IMG/VR virus record: IMGVR_UViG_3300044878_000087
Coordinates: 130,432-194,431 of that record
Reading direction: 5' to 3' (one strand)
DNA length: 64,000 nucleotides
From: a virus
Taxonomy: Duplodnaviria > Heunggongvirae > Uroviricota > Caudoviricetes
Shown piece by piece: positions 7,101-16,649 of this stretch. The stretch's first letter is position 1; each line of letters begins with the position of its first letter. The position numbers and the translations under genes are program-made. The notes under the pieces were generated by a model, which saw only the letters and a list, made by a program, of their open reading frames with translations, was not told the origin of the DNA and did no database searches.

Positions 7101-8366
7101 ATGAAACAACAAACTCGTACATTCGAAATTCTCGGTGGTGAACCAGAACCAGGTTCTAAACCAATCAAAGGTTGGACCGTTGGTGTTCCCGTAGAACCCG
7201 ATGCAATCAAGCAACTCAAGAACTTGGCAGCTCTGCCATTCATCCAATCCCACCTGGCGGTAATGCCAGACGTGCATGTGGGTAAAGGTGCGACTATCGG
7301 TTCTGTGATCGCTACCAAAGGCGCAATCATTCCAGCAGCCGTAGGCGTTGACATCGGTTGTGGTATGGCGGCTTATCGCCTGAACGCTTCTGCTAAAGAT
7401 CTGCCTGATTCGTTGGGTCACGTTCGTGCAGCTATCGAAGCGGTAATCCCTCATGGCCGTACAGATAACGGCGGGAAGAACGACCGTGGTGCCTTCGGTA
7501 CTGTAAAAGTATTCAACCACCCAGTCAAGGCTGTCCGTGAAGAAGCTGAAAAGCTCAAGCGTGAACTGGAAGTCATCGTTCAGAAATATCCGAAGCTCTC
7601 TAAGGCTGCTGAGCGTGCATGGATGCATATCGGTACTCTCGGCACAGGTAATCACTTCGTAGAGCTGTGCTTGGACGAAGCGGACCGTGTATGGGTAATG
7701 CTGCACTCTGGTTCCCGTGGGATCGGTAACGCAATCGGTACACTGTTCATCAACCTGGCCAAAGAAGAGATGCGCCGCTTCTTTATCAACCTGCCAGATC
7801 AAGAACTCGGCTACTTGCCGTACGGTTCCAAGTACTACGCCGACTACCTGCATGCAGTACAGTGGGCACAACGTTTCGCTGCTCTGAATCGTTCTGTGAT
7901 GATGCATGCTACTTTGGATGCAATTCATCGTACCCTCGGTCTGCCAATCGATTCCGATATGGAAGCGATCAACTGCCACCACAACTACGTATCGGAAGAG
8001 CGTCACTTCGGTGATAACGTTCTGGTAACACGTAAAGGTGCAGTAGCGGCCTATGAAGGTAAGCTCGGGATCATTCCAGGTTCGATGGGCGCTAAGTCTT
8101 TCATCGTTCGTGGTAAAGGCCATCGTGATTCGTTCTGTTCATGTTCGCATGGTGCAGGTCGTGTAATGTCACGTAAGGCAGCAGAGCGTGTGTTCACGCT
8201 AGAGGACCACATTCGTGATACGGCTGGAGTTGAGTGCCGTAAAGACGAAGGCGTCCTAGATGAGACACCAAAGGCTTACAAGAATATCGATGATGTGATG
8301 GCAGCCCAAGCTGAACTGGTTGACATCGTCCATACCCTGAAACAAGTTCTTTGCGTTAAGGGTTGA
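7101..8366 (+). CDS. rtcB: RtcB 3'-phosphate/5'-OH RNA ligase
   Basis: hallmark GTGNHF, CHHNY and SCSHGAGR motifs; RBS GTGAGG before the ATG at 7101 (track start at 7053 is probably too early). Confidence 0.9.
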   Translation: MKQQTRTFEILGGEPEPGSKPIKGWTVGVPVEPDAIKQLKNLAALPFIQSHLAVMPDVHVGKGATIGSVIATKGAIIPAAVGVDIGCGMAAYRLNASAKDLPDSLGHVRAAIEAVIPHGRTDNGGKNDRGAFGTVKVFNHPVKAVREEAEKLKRELEVIVQKYPKLSKAAERAWMHIGTLGTGNHFVELCLDEADRVWVMLHSGSRGIGNAIGTLFINLAKEEMRRFFINLPDQELGYLPYGSKYYADYLHAVQWAQRFAALNRSVMMHATLDAIHRTLGLPIDSDMEAINCHHNYVSEERHFGDNVLVTRKGAVAAYEGKLGIIPGSMGAKSFIVRGKGHRDSFCSCSHGAGRVMSRKAAERVFTLEDHIRDTAGVECRKDEGVLDETPKAYKNIDDVMAAQAELVDIVHTLKQVLCVKG

Positions 8367-8367
8367 T

Positions 8368-9318
8368 ATGGACTACATCGGTTTCTGTGATGCAGTCGAT
8401 AAGTCTGCACTGAAACACGTGAGTGATATATCGAAACGACATTATCTGACAGCAGCCCAAGCCCCGGTGTACATCATCGGGCGTATCAATGAGGAACTGT
8501 TAGCGCAGTTCCCTGGGGCTAAGATTGCTACGGATTATTCCACGTATTATGATCCTCACGAATGGGGCGGCTGGTATTACTACGTCACCTCTACAATCAT
8601 TCAAAAAGAAATCACCTTCCAGTACTGTGCAGAGATTCATAATGCAATCGGTAAGAAAGAGTTTACCCTCGTAAATAAGGAAAGACCACCAGTGACTAAA
8701 TTTCAAGAACGTGTACAGAAATACTCTGCGGAAGTATTTGCTTCTCTGGTAGCAGATTCGACTCTGTCCTCCAGTCAGTTCATTACAGCATTCGAACGTG
8801 ACCTGATCGCCCGGTTGGAAGAGACTTACGACCGTAAAGGTTTCGAAGTATCACTGACCATCAGTCACGGAGCCTGTATCAGTTACAGTGCTGTCGTAGA
8901 AGACACTGTCGATGGGACAGAAGTAAAGTTGGATATCGGACGTGAAGATTACGTCACTGAAGATGAAACTGTTAAAGGGCTAAAGTGGTCAAAAGACTTC
9001 AGTCTGAAAACTGTCTATGCGAACGATCCAGAGTTCTTTACTAAGCTGTCGAAAGTTCGTGCAACCATCGAGTTCACTCGCATTGCAACCAATGCCTTGT
9101 CTGATGCTTTCCTGAGCCATGAAGACAGGCTCGATACACTGGATGGCGCTTTGGCTGTTCATGGACACGTCATGAGTGTTCTGCAAGAAGCTGCACCTCC
9201 ATGCAAGTTCACCATCAATGTAACTATCGAAAACCGTACTGCAACTTTGAACGTGGAAGAAGCCGTCACCAAAGTTAAGTTCCGTCTTCGTGCAACTCGT
9301 CAACCGGATGCCGTATAA
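8368..9318 (+). CDS. hypothetical protein (316 aa), translationally coupled to rtcB
   Basis: ATG 1 nt after the rtcB stop. Confidence 0.6.
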   Translation: MDYIGFCDAVDKSALKHVSDISKRHYLTAAQAPVYIIGRINEELLAQFPGAKIATDYSTYYDPHEWGGWYYYVTSTIIQKEITFQYCAEIHNAIGKKEFTLVNKERPPVTKFQERVQKYSAEVFASLVADSTLSSSQFITAFERDLIARLEETYDRKGFEVSLTISHGACISYSAVVEDTVDGTEVKLDIGREDYVTEDETVKGLKWSKDFSLKTVYANDPEFFTKLSKVRATIEFTRIATNALSDAFLSHEDRLDTLDGALAVHGHVMSVLQEAAPPCKFTINVTIENRTATLNVEEAVTKVKFRLRATRQPDAV

Positions 9319-9729
9319 ATGAAGAAGATCGTAATTGCTTTAAGCCTCGCTCTGGCGATGGCTGTTCCAGCTCATGCTGCTTCTGTGGTGCGCCAACACT
9401 CAGCGTGGGTCGAGTCTGCTAACTGCGTGTTGGTAGATCGTAAAGAATCCGTATCGGGTGGCCTGGTAGGCGGTGCGCTCGGTGGTGTTGGTGGTGCTCT
9501 GGTAGGTAGCCTGTTCGGTAAGAAAGGGCGCACAATCGGTGCCATCGGCGGTGCATTGGGTGGAGCCGCTTACGGTTCCTCCGGTGACAAAGTCTACAAC
9601 TGTTCAGTACTCGCCAGTCTGAATGATGGCTCCAAGCATCTGATCACCAAGATCACGAATACTCAAATCACAACCCAAGACAAGATCGGTGTAGTCGAAT
9701 TGTCTGATGGTACATTCCAAGCCTTGTAA
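9319..9729 (+). CDS. secreted glycine-zipper protein (signal peptide ...AHA/AS; GxxxG-rich segment)
   Basis: N-terminal signal peptide; Gly-zipper; ATG abuts the previous stop. Confidence 0.65.
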   Translation: MKKIVIALSLALAMAVPAHAASVVRQHSAWVESANCVLVDRKESVSGGLVGGALGGVGGALVGSLFGKKGRTIGAIGGALGGAAYGSSGDKVYNCSVLASLNDGSKHLITKITNTQITTQDKIGVVELSDGTFQAL

Positions 9730-9738
9730 GGAAGCATA

Positions 9739-11625
9739 ATGAAAACTGCATCTGAAATTCTCTCAGCTATCACGTTCGCCATTCAAGAAGTCGCTAGCCC
9801 TCTGGCGAAAGTTCCACCAGACTTCGGCTTGCGTGTAGCGCGTCACCTGCAAGGCACACCGTTCAACTACTCAACCAGTACTTCGACTCAAGGTCCTGAT
9901 GAGTTCATCATCTTCCTGGATGACTTCAAACAGAAAGACTGGATGGTAACGATCAAAATCCAAGGTGACTTCCAGTATACACTGGATGGCCCACATGAAG
10001 TAGGTCGCGATATCCCGGACACTGAAGAACTAAAAGCTCCAGAGGGACCTATCGTTCCTGGTGAACCAGAGATCACTGTAGCTCAAGCCATGGCCCGTAT
10101 CCGTGCTGCAATCGCAAGTGACGAAGGTTATGCATGGGGTTGGCAGTCTAATCTGGCGATGCCAATCTTGGATGACCTGGGTGTTAATCACAAACTGGCT
10201 AATCGTGCTGGTGCCCGCCTGCTGCAACACTTGTTCGGTTACGATATTACCAAGCAAAAAGAATACACTGATATCCAAAACCGTGTTGAAACCACCACGG
10301 TAGAAGATGATGTCGCTGACAGTATGCTCCACATCACTGTGACAGGTTACAAAGCCAATTCTGGCGCAGAAGAACTGTCACGTCGTTTGGCCGAGTATCT
10401 GAAGATGGGTGGTTATGAGGCACTGATCAATATCGCAGATACCACACTGGCCGGGGAAGAACGCTCAGTGGCACTGCCGCCAGAAGGTGTACGTATTCAT
10501 GTAACTGGCGTTGAATCTCGCTGGCATTCTGATCGTGTTGCTGAACCGGAAGATGTAGATATCCCATGTGGTGAAGGTGATGACTTCGGTGGCGACGATC
10601 CTTTAGATAGCGCTGATTCAGATGGTCCATGGGAAGTAGAAAGTGGTGCATTCGAATCTCAACCTAAACTTACACTACATGTAACCATCCCGAAGTATGA
10701 GTGTAACCCAACTCAAATCATCGATGCGTTGCGTGATCAGTATCCTGATGCTGACATCAGTGCCAAGATCAAACTTGATAACTTCGGTTGCGACTCGATC
10801 AAGGCTAACGCTGCCCTCAAGAAAGCTGTACGGTTCACTATCCATCCAGATGATCCAAATCCAGCAGCTACTATTGGGTACCTGCAGAACGAGTTCCGTA
10901 AAGCCTACGGCCTGGAACCAGTTATTCCAACCGTAGCTGAGCACCGCATTGGTTATGTAGAACCAATGGTGACGGATAGTGGTGAAGATACCGTCGAGTC
11001 TACGATTCAACCTACACTGACTATGGTCAAGGAAAAGATGATGCTATCTAATCCTGAGGATCGTGCCAATGCTTATCTCTTCGAACGTCGTGAAGGGGAT
11101 ACCTATCGGAACGTGTTGTTCCATGTTGACGTAGATGCAGAAGGTTTCGATGTTGAGCAGATCACTGGTGAAGGCTGGGGTATCGTAGAAGCATCACCTG
11201 GAGTATTCAATACCCTCCTGGAAAAAGTATCTCCGGAAGTTGTTCGATACTCGTTGGACTTGTACGAGAACAATGCTCGTTGGTTGAACCGTTTCGGCGA
11301 CGGTAAAGAGATCGCTACTCGTACACATGAAGGTCCATTCACACTGTACACTATCGGACAAGGAGCAATCCCAAAAGCGATCTATGGTGAAGTGGAAGAA
11401 TGCTGGACTGCTTTCCAAAACATCGATCGTCTACAGGAGCTCTCTGAGGAACTACGCGATCCATCTATTGTTATCGGGGCAGAAGACTACCTCAAGATAA
11501 CTCATGGTGGTTGCATGACAGTACGCGAACACCCGCGGTTGGAAGAACTGTTCTTGAAGTATATTCACTACAAGGCAACGTTCAACCCACTGATCGATCG
11601 TTGGATTAAATCTTTCGGTCTGTAA
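9739..11625 (+). CDS. large acidic hypothetical protein (628 aa)
   Basis: RBS AAGGAAG; long ORF. Confidence 0.6.
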   Translation: MKTASEILSAITFAIQEVASPLAKVPPDFGLRVARHLQGTPFNYSTSTSTQGPDEFIIFLDDFKQKDWMVTIKIQGDFQYTLDGPHEVGRDIPDTEELKAPEGPIVPGEPEITVAQAMARIRAAIASDEGYAWGWQSNLAMPILDDLGVNHKLANRAGARLLQHLFGYDITKQKEYTDIQNRVETTTVEDDVADSMLHITVTGYKANSGAEELSRRLAEYLKMGGYEALINIADTTLAGEERSVALPPEGVRIHVTGVESRWHSDRVAEPEDVDIPCGEGDDFGGDDPLDSADSDGPWEVESGAFESQPKLTLHVTIPKYECNPTQIIDALRDQYPDADISAKIKLDNFGCDSIKANAALKKAVRFTIHPDDPNPAATIGYLQNEFRKAYGLEPVIPTVAEHRIGYVEPMVTDSGEDTVESTIQPTLTMVKEKMMLSNPEDRANAYLFERREGDTYRNVLFHVDVDAEGFDVEQITGEGWGIVEASPGVFNTLLEKVSPEVVRYSLDLYENNARWLNRFGDGKEIATRTHEGPFTLYTIGQGAIPKAIYGEVEECWTAFQNIDRLQELSEELRDPSIVIGAEDYLKITHGGCMTVREHPRLEELFLKYIHYKATFNPLIDRWIKSFGL

Positions 11626-11646
11626 CAAAAAAAAATAAGGCATATT

Positions 11647-11666
11647 GGCTCTCCTCGAGGAGAGCC
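11647..11666. terminator. bidirectional palindromic hairpin GGCTCTCC-TCGA-GGAGAGCC at the convergence point of the + and - blocks; flanks CATATT / TTTATGCC
   Basis: perfect 8-bp stem between convergent stops (11625 and 11684); near-identical copy at 60020. Confidence 0.5.
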
Positions 11667-11683
11667 TTTATGCCGTAACAAAG

Positions 11684-12193
11684 TTACATTGGGGTAATCG
11701 ATACACCTTCTGGCAATTCATGAATGTAGCGAACTTGTCCACTCATCATTACCAGGAAGCCTGCAATCGGAGTACCGGCGGCATGAATGTTCAGAGACAC
11801 GAAACCAGCAACATCTTCAGTCAGTGCACCTGGCCACCGTTGAATGAAATGGAAACAGACATCGTCACCATTCTTCAACAGTTCACCAAATGCATCAATG
11901 ATCAGAGTTCTACGAGCTTGAGACATATCCACTCGGCCAGTGGATTCAATCTCGGTGTAACGAAGGAATGCTTCACGCGTCAAGCACCATTCTTGTGGAT
12001 TCGCTGCGCCAGCCGTACCACGGGTTTGAATCTTTACACGTATCACGTTTGCATCACCCATAGTCACGACAGCCACATCGCCATCGAGTCTTTGGATAGA
12101 ACCACGTAACAGGTTACCAGTTGCCGAGTAATACTCAACTGGTACCGATTGATCTTTTTGGGCGTAGAATGCTGCCAGAGCTTTCAGGTGCGA
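11684..12193 (-). CDS. hypothetical protein (about 170 aa from MSHLKALAAF)
   Basis: RBS AAGAGG before the internal ATG; the track start at 12259 probably lies too far upstream. Confidence 0.55.
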   Translation of the reverse strand, partial: SHLKALAAFYAQKDQSVPVEYYSATGNLLRGSIQRLDGDVAVVTMGDANVIRVKIQTRGTAGAANPQEWCLTREAFLRYTEIESTGRVDMSQARRTLIIDAFGELLKNGDDVCFHFIQRWPGALTEDVAGFVSLNIHAAGTPIAGFLVMMSGQVRYIHELPEGVSITPM

Positions 12194-12206
12194 CATGGTC
12201 AGCCTC

Positions 12207-12375
12207 TTAGCACATTGGGGTAACGATGAACATCTGCCAGTCACGCACATGTTGGCCAACGGTCAGGAATGGATAGTTAGCCTTGAGGTTCAAGCCAGTA
12301 TCGCTGACCATGGTAACTTCATTACCGTTCAGGTCTTTAACTTGCAGATTGTACATGCTAGTGTTTTGCAGTTCC
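12207..12375 (-). CDS. small hypothetical protein (56 aa, MELQNTSMYNLQVKDL...)
   Basis: RBS AAGAGGA; below the 60-aa cutoff of the ORF track. Confidence 0.4.
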
Positions 12376-12416
12376 ATTATAACGTCCTCTTGAATTCTTG
12401 GGGTGGTTGCAATAAA

Positions 12417-12435
12417 GTAATATAGATCTGAGATT
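12417..12435 (-). promoter_or_regulatory. minus-strand promoter-like motif AATCTCAGATCTATATTAC
   Basis: 19-nt element repeated at 36427 and 63897 (variants at 55677, 41612, 29186, 60384); about 45 nt upstream of a start codon. Confidence 0.4.
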
Positions 12436-12444
12436 GCTTACAAC

Positions 12445-12717
12445 TTAGCTATACACGCAGCCACAGATAAACCATGCAAAGATCCAGGCGAAGCAAAGCA
12501 GTATCGACCACTTAAACCAGAGCTTCGTTGTGTAGTAGCGGTGGACCTTATGCTTGGCCACAGCCTTAGCAAAGTTCCACTCAGTTAAGATATGGTCGAA
12601 TTGCCAGTCTGACCAGTACGTCTGAGTAATGGCAAAGGCGTAAGCACCGAAGTGCAACACAGCCATCAAACCAATACCCCAATAAGCAATACCGAAGTAA
12701 TCCATAGTCACACCCAT
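12445..12717 (-). CDS. small membrane protein (90 aa)
   Basis: hydrophobic ORF in a co-directional array. Confidence 0.5.
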   Translation of the reverse strand: MGVTMDYFGIAYWGIGLMAVLHFGAYAFAITQTYWSDWQFDHILTEWNFAKAVAKHKVHRYYTTKLWFKWSILLCFAWIFAWFICGCVYS

Positions 12718-13052
12718 TTAGGTAGATGGTAAATGTTAGTTACGTCCAGCATGACAATGATTACCCAATAAACCATCAGGAGTAGTATAGCCACACTCAG
12801 GGACAAGGTAATCCACGAAAGCCTGCCCTCGAACATTACTTCTCGGAACAGCTTGTTGAACAGCATCGCACGAGCTTCTTGATAAGGATCTACAGAAGAA
12901 TCCCAACCAGGTTTCAGTGGACACATTACTCGACGGATCTCATCGTCACTTGGACGGAACTTCTGTTTGATTACTAACCGGCACAGATGGAACCAACCAA
13001 TCCAAACCAGTATAAGTCCTATGCCACCACCTACGGTTATTTGTGTGATCAT
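12708..13052 (-). CDS. membrane protein (114 aa)
   Basis: ORF with TM segments; overlaps its neighbours. Confidence 0.5.
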   Translation of the reverse strand: MITQITVGGGIGLILVWIGWFHLCRLVIKQKFRPSDDEIRRVMCPLKPGWDSSVDPYQEARAMLFNKLFREVMFEGRLSWITLSLSVAILLLMVYWVIIVMLDVTNIYHLPKWV

Positions 13053-13205
13053 CTATCCAACCATCGCCTTAATTAATTCAAATGTCGCTATGACGATTAC
13101 AGAGCCTATAAAGACCATCATCGCCATACGTTGTATGATATCAAGTCGGTTTGCTTTCTGCCGACGGCGCATCCTGTCTAATAGAGGGGTTTGCACAATA
13201 CATCC

Positions 13206-13394
13206 TTATTTGCGAATGACTCCGCCTTGAATAGCACAAATGCCGAACCAGATCAATGCACTACCAATCCAGTAATCCCAGGTATGCATATCGAAATGCA
13301 AACCGTAGCGTTGTTCCAAACCGGTTTCAATGCACAGCACACACAGAACCAATAATGCAAACTTACCAAGCGTCATAACAGCTCCAGACGGCAT
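13206..13394 (-). CDS. small membrane protein (62 aa)
   Basis: hydrophobic ORF. Confidence 0.4.
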   Translation of the reverse strand: MPSGAVMTLGKFALLVLCVLCIETGLEQRYGLHFDMHTWDYWIGSALIWFGICAIQGGVIRK

Positions 13395-13525
13395 AAAGCC
13401 AGCACAGCGGCTGGCTTTATAAATAGGTGGGAGTCGCGTGGCACCAACACACCGACGGGTAGGTGATAAGTTGGGAGATGTTCCACGGATTCCCGGTTCG
13501 TCTATATATAGTTGTACATAGACTA

Positions 13526-13861
13526 CTAATCATCCAAGCTCCAGGCTTGCGATTCGGGGACCGGTTCTTCAACAGTTGGTTTACAACGGAACAGACGGTA
13601 ATGATAGCTGTCATCATCGCCATTAGTCTCGATCAACCAGCCTGCCTTTTGGTACTGCTTCTTCAACCACTCGGTTATTTCACTGTGAACGTACAGGCCA
13701 TTGTTAATGTGCACGTACAAGTATTCAAACCGACCACACTGCCAATCCCCATTGAGGATAGACGTGTTAATGGCTTCGCTGAGTTCTTTAATCTGATCGC
13801 CATACAGGTTAGCGATCCGATCATCTTCTGTTGGGATATTGAGTGTAATCATAGCTTCCAT
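13526..13861 (-). CDS. hypothetical protein (111 aa)
   Basis: ORF in the array. Confidence 0.5.
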   Translation of the reverse strand: MEAMITLNIPTEDDRIANLYGDQIKELSEAINTSILNGDWQCGRFEYLYVHINNGLYVHSEITEWLKKQYQKAGWLIETNGDDDSYHYRLFRCKPTVEEPVPESQAWSLDD

Positions 13862-14070
13862 CTTTTCTTGGTGTGACGATACAATACGGTACCGAGCCTA
13901 GCGAAGACAACAACCCCCGCTAGGGCTACGGGTGGCAACCACATGACAGCATTAGACATCCCTGCCATTAGTGCACAGAAAGAAACAAGAGCAATGGCCC
14001 ATGAGAAAGCCATTGCTAATGCAATCCCTATCGTCTTCGTTTCTTTTATTAGAAGTGCTTTAGTACTCAC
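13849..14070 (-). CDS. small membrane protein (73 aa)
   Basis: hydrophobic ORF. Confidence 0.45.
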   Translation of the reverse strand: MSTKALLIKETKTIGIALAMAFSWAIALVSFCALMAGMSNAVMWLPPVALAGVVVFARLGTVLYRHTKKRWKL

Positions 14071-14078
14071 GTTTAACC

Positions 14079-14528
14079 TTAGTTGTATTCCGCATGGAAA
14101 TTGAAGGTGTGGAAAGTACTGATCCTGTATTTGTATTTACGGATAAGCTCCTGGAAGAACTCTTTGGTGTAGTGCTTACGTGGACCAAATCGTTCTACGT
14201 TGTGGAGGTCCCGCTCGGTCACGCTGACAGCTTCGTTGCACAGAGTGCGACGTAGGTATGCCACCGCATCGTTACGGTCTTCCAGTGTACGCTCAGGCAG
14301 CACTTCGATGTTGATATGCAGACCACTGCCGTGTTCTGGGCAAGTAGCTACCAGGTAAGGCTGGATGGTTTTATCAGATGGTACAACCATGCGAACAACG
14401 GTGGACTCAGAGAAGTTCACGTGTTCATCGGCTTCGAACTGACGGCGCATTACTGTGGCTTTGCAAAGAAAGCGCAACAGGGTTGCTTTTTGGAACGGCA
14501 GTTCTTCTTCAGTAAATGTGTAATACAT
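14079..14528 (-). CDS. hypothetical protein (149 aa from MYYTFTEE)
   Basis: strong RBS AAAGAGGAA before the second ATG; the first ATG lies inside the terminator box. Confidence 0.55.
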   Translation of the reverse strand: MYYTFTEEELPFQKATLLRFLCKATVMRRQFEADEHVNFSESTVVRMVVPSDKTIQPYLVATCPEHGSGLHINIEVLPERTLEDRNDAVAYLRRTLCNEAVSVTERDLHNVERFGPRKHYTKEFFQELIRKYKYRISTFHTFNFHAEYN

Positions 14529-14567
14529 AGCGTTCCTCTTTTCGTTCAATGGTCTTAACAACATAAA

Positions 14568-14585
14568 GCCTACCCGAAGGTAGGC
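14568..14585 (-). terminator. hairpin GCCTACC-UUCG-GGTAGGC followed by TTTATGTTGTTAAG
   Basis: family member on the - strand. Confidence 0.45.
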
Positions 14586-14759
14586 CGATGATTGTGTCTG
14601 GCAACCCAGACCACTGGCAACAGTCGATGACCGATGCCGAGTAGGTGAAGGGAATCTAACCCTACTAGTCGTTTTGCACTAAATTGTTAAAGAGCAGATC
14701 AAGAGAAAGGAAACAACACATGCAGTATCACCACATATATAGTTGTGCACTTTTCTCAA

Positions 14760-15194
14760 TCAAACGAGTTCTCGTGATGGAGGGTCTTCGAGCGTCCAGT
14801 CTAAATTTGTCGGGGGTTCCAGATATTCACCTTTCGGTTTGAATATGCACCTGGTAATCCGGCCCTCGTGGCGCACGACCTGACAGTTCGCTTCTAAGAC
14901 AACCTCATACTGTCGTGACAGTTTCATCAGAGCCTTATCCAGTACAGTCCGCTCTAGGATCTCACCCAGCCCACCATCTCGACGGACTGGAACATTATTA
15001 GGGTCTCCCCAATCAATGATGATCTCAAAGAGCGTTGCACCGTATTCAGGATGATACCCGTATTGACGGATCTTAAATAGTTCCATGTCTTTGTCGGCGT
15101 AGGACGCTAGACATGTTAACGGTTCCCCTGAAACACGGGGGAACGTAAGGGAAACAGGGGTGGGTATTATTTCAACCAGCACCAAGTGAGACAT
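14760..15194 (-). CDS. hypothetical protein (144 aa)
   Basis: ORF. Confidence 0.5.
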   Translation of the reverse strand: MSHLVLVEIIPTPVSLTFPRVSGEPLTCLASYADKDMELFKIRQYGYHPEYGATLFEIIIDWGDPNNVPVRRDGGLGEILERTVLDKALMKLSRQYEVVLEANCQVVRHEGRITRCIFKPKGEYLEPPTNLDWTLEDPPSRELV

Positions 15195-15844
15195 TACGCC
15201 TCCCGACGCTTATTCCGTGTGCGTTCGACGTGACGATCAACTTGCACGAAGTCCTCTTCGTTCTCATCGAAGATCTCTGGGAATTGACGGATCAATGCAC
15301 GAGAGATAATGGATTTGGCTACTTCTGTGTCGATGTAGTTGTAGAGGATCACACCACGGTGATACAGGAAGAAGTGATACCACCGATTGTTAATCACGAG
15401 TTCCCCTTCGAAGCCACCATAAGAAAGCGTGTCAGCGTTAGGGTGATCGCGGTAAACATCCAATTGAACGTTACCGTCAGTGTGCAGTTGCAATAGATCA
15501 TTGCCTAACCCACCGAACAACGTTGGACGCTTACGTGAACTCACCACGTCAGAGATGGAATCCATCAGACGCGGCATGTCGGTAACCAGTTCCTGAATAT
15601 CGCAGATCTTCTCCAGACCATCGCGAATTTCTTTTTCGATCTGATCGCGAATCTCGACTGACCAGTTCTGGGCCGGTGCTTCCAGGATGTGAACACCGAA
15701 CCATGCGAAACCATTGTTGTGTTTTACTTTGATGCAAAGATGAGGAATGTTCCCCTCACCGTACTGCCGATTTACCGTATAGTTTTCTATACGCTTTAAG
15801 AGGATCTTGATTTGGTCAGGGACTTCGACAATGTGGGCACTCAC
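15194..15844 (-). CDS. hypothetical protein (216 aa)
   Basis: ORF; coupled to its downstream neighbour. Confidence 0.55.
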   Translation of the reverse strand: MSAHIVEVPDQIKILLKRIENYTVNRQYGEGNIPHLCIKVKHNNGFAWFGVHILEAPAQNWSVEIRDQIEKEIRDGLEKICDIQELVTDMPRLMDSISDVVSSRKRPTLFGGLGNDLLQLHTDGNVQLDVYRDHPNADTLSYGGFEGELVINNRWYHFFLYHRGVILYNYIDTEVAKSIISRALIRQFPEIFDENEEDFVQVDRHVERTRNKRREA

Positions 15845-15920
15845 GATACATAAACCTTTTGGACATTTGAGAATTCATTGATTGTGGCATTTTTTGCTCA
15901 CTAAATAATAAAGCTGCGTA

Positions 15921-16592
15921 TTAATCTACAGCTTTGAAATTGAGGTTAACGCCATACTTCGACGAATCGATATACTCCTGCCGTTTGGCGTACTCTTCAT
16001 CACGATCTTTGAACGTGCCGATAAACGTGATATCGAACCCACGTTGGTTCAGAATATCAGAAGCTTGATCTGTTACGAAGTCGCACAGCTTCTCGTTACG
16101 GGAACCACCAGCCATGTTCATGAGACGAATATAGAAGCTGCTGAGCAACGTAGACGGTAAAGTATTCTCTTGGCGGTTGGTCACCACGAAGTAAGCATGT
16201 GTCGCACGATGTCGAACAACATACAGCGAACCAGCACCAGTCTTATCGATCTGTTTACGGGAAGCCAACAGGTTAGCTTCGTACAGCTCGTTCTCAAGCT
16301 CTTGAGCCGAGAAACGTTCTGGCTGGGTCAAGAACCACAGTTCCAGTTCCGCCCCACGTTGCTTAGCCTTCTTCACGACGTCAGCAGTAGTTTGGGTCTT
16401 ACTGTGGAACGAGGTAATAACACCAGCAAAGTTCTTGGACTCACCCAGCCATACTTCGCCAGTATCACTGATGAGTACAGCAAAGAAACCACCCTTCACA
16501 GATTTTGGTGCAGTACGCTGTTTGGTGTAGTCCGCCATGTAACGACGCAGAATGCCACGGGAAATATCACGATTCGACTTAACTTGGGACAT
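15921..16592 (-). CDS. hypothetical protein (223 aa); weak GIY-YIG-like N-terminal resemblance
   Basis: RBS TAGGAG; the motif resemblance is weak. Confidence 0.55.
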   Translation of the reverse strand: MSQVKSNRDISRGILRRYMADYTKQRTAPKSVKGGFFAVLISDTGEVWLGESKNFAGVITSFHSKTQTTADVVKKAKQRGAELELWFLTQPERFSAQELENELYEANLLASRKQIDKTGAGSLYVVRHRATHAYFVVTNRQENTLPSTLLSSFYIRLMNMAGGSRNEKLCDFVTDQASDILNQRGFDITFIGTFKDRDEEYAKRQEYIDSSKYGVNLNFKAVD

Positions 16593-16649
16593 CTTTAAAA
16601 ACTCCTAATGTGTTTGATTCTATTGTTGTGATATAGCCTTCAGATGCTT

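Noticed and set aside
7056-8123. 355-aa minus-strand ORF antisense to rtcB
   Set aside because: It lies entirely within the strongly conserved RtcB coding region; there is no RBS and its composition is typical of an antisense frame.
14562-14564. ATG inside the TTTATG terminator box used as the start of the 14079 gene (and similar TTTATG ATGs elsewhere)
   Set aside because: It has no RBS. A downstream ATG has a strong AAAGAGGAA Shine-Dalgarno, so the TTTATG is a conserved part of the regulatory box and not a start codon.
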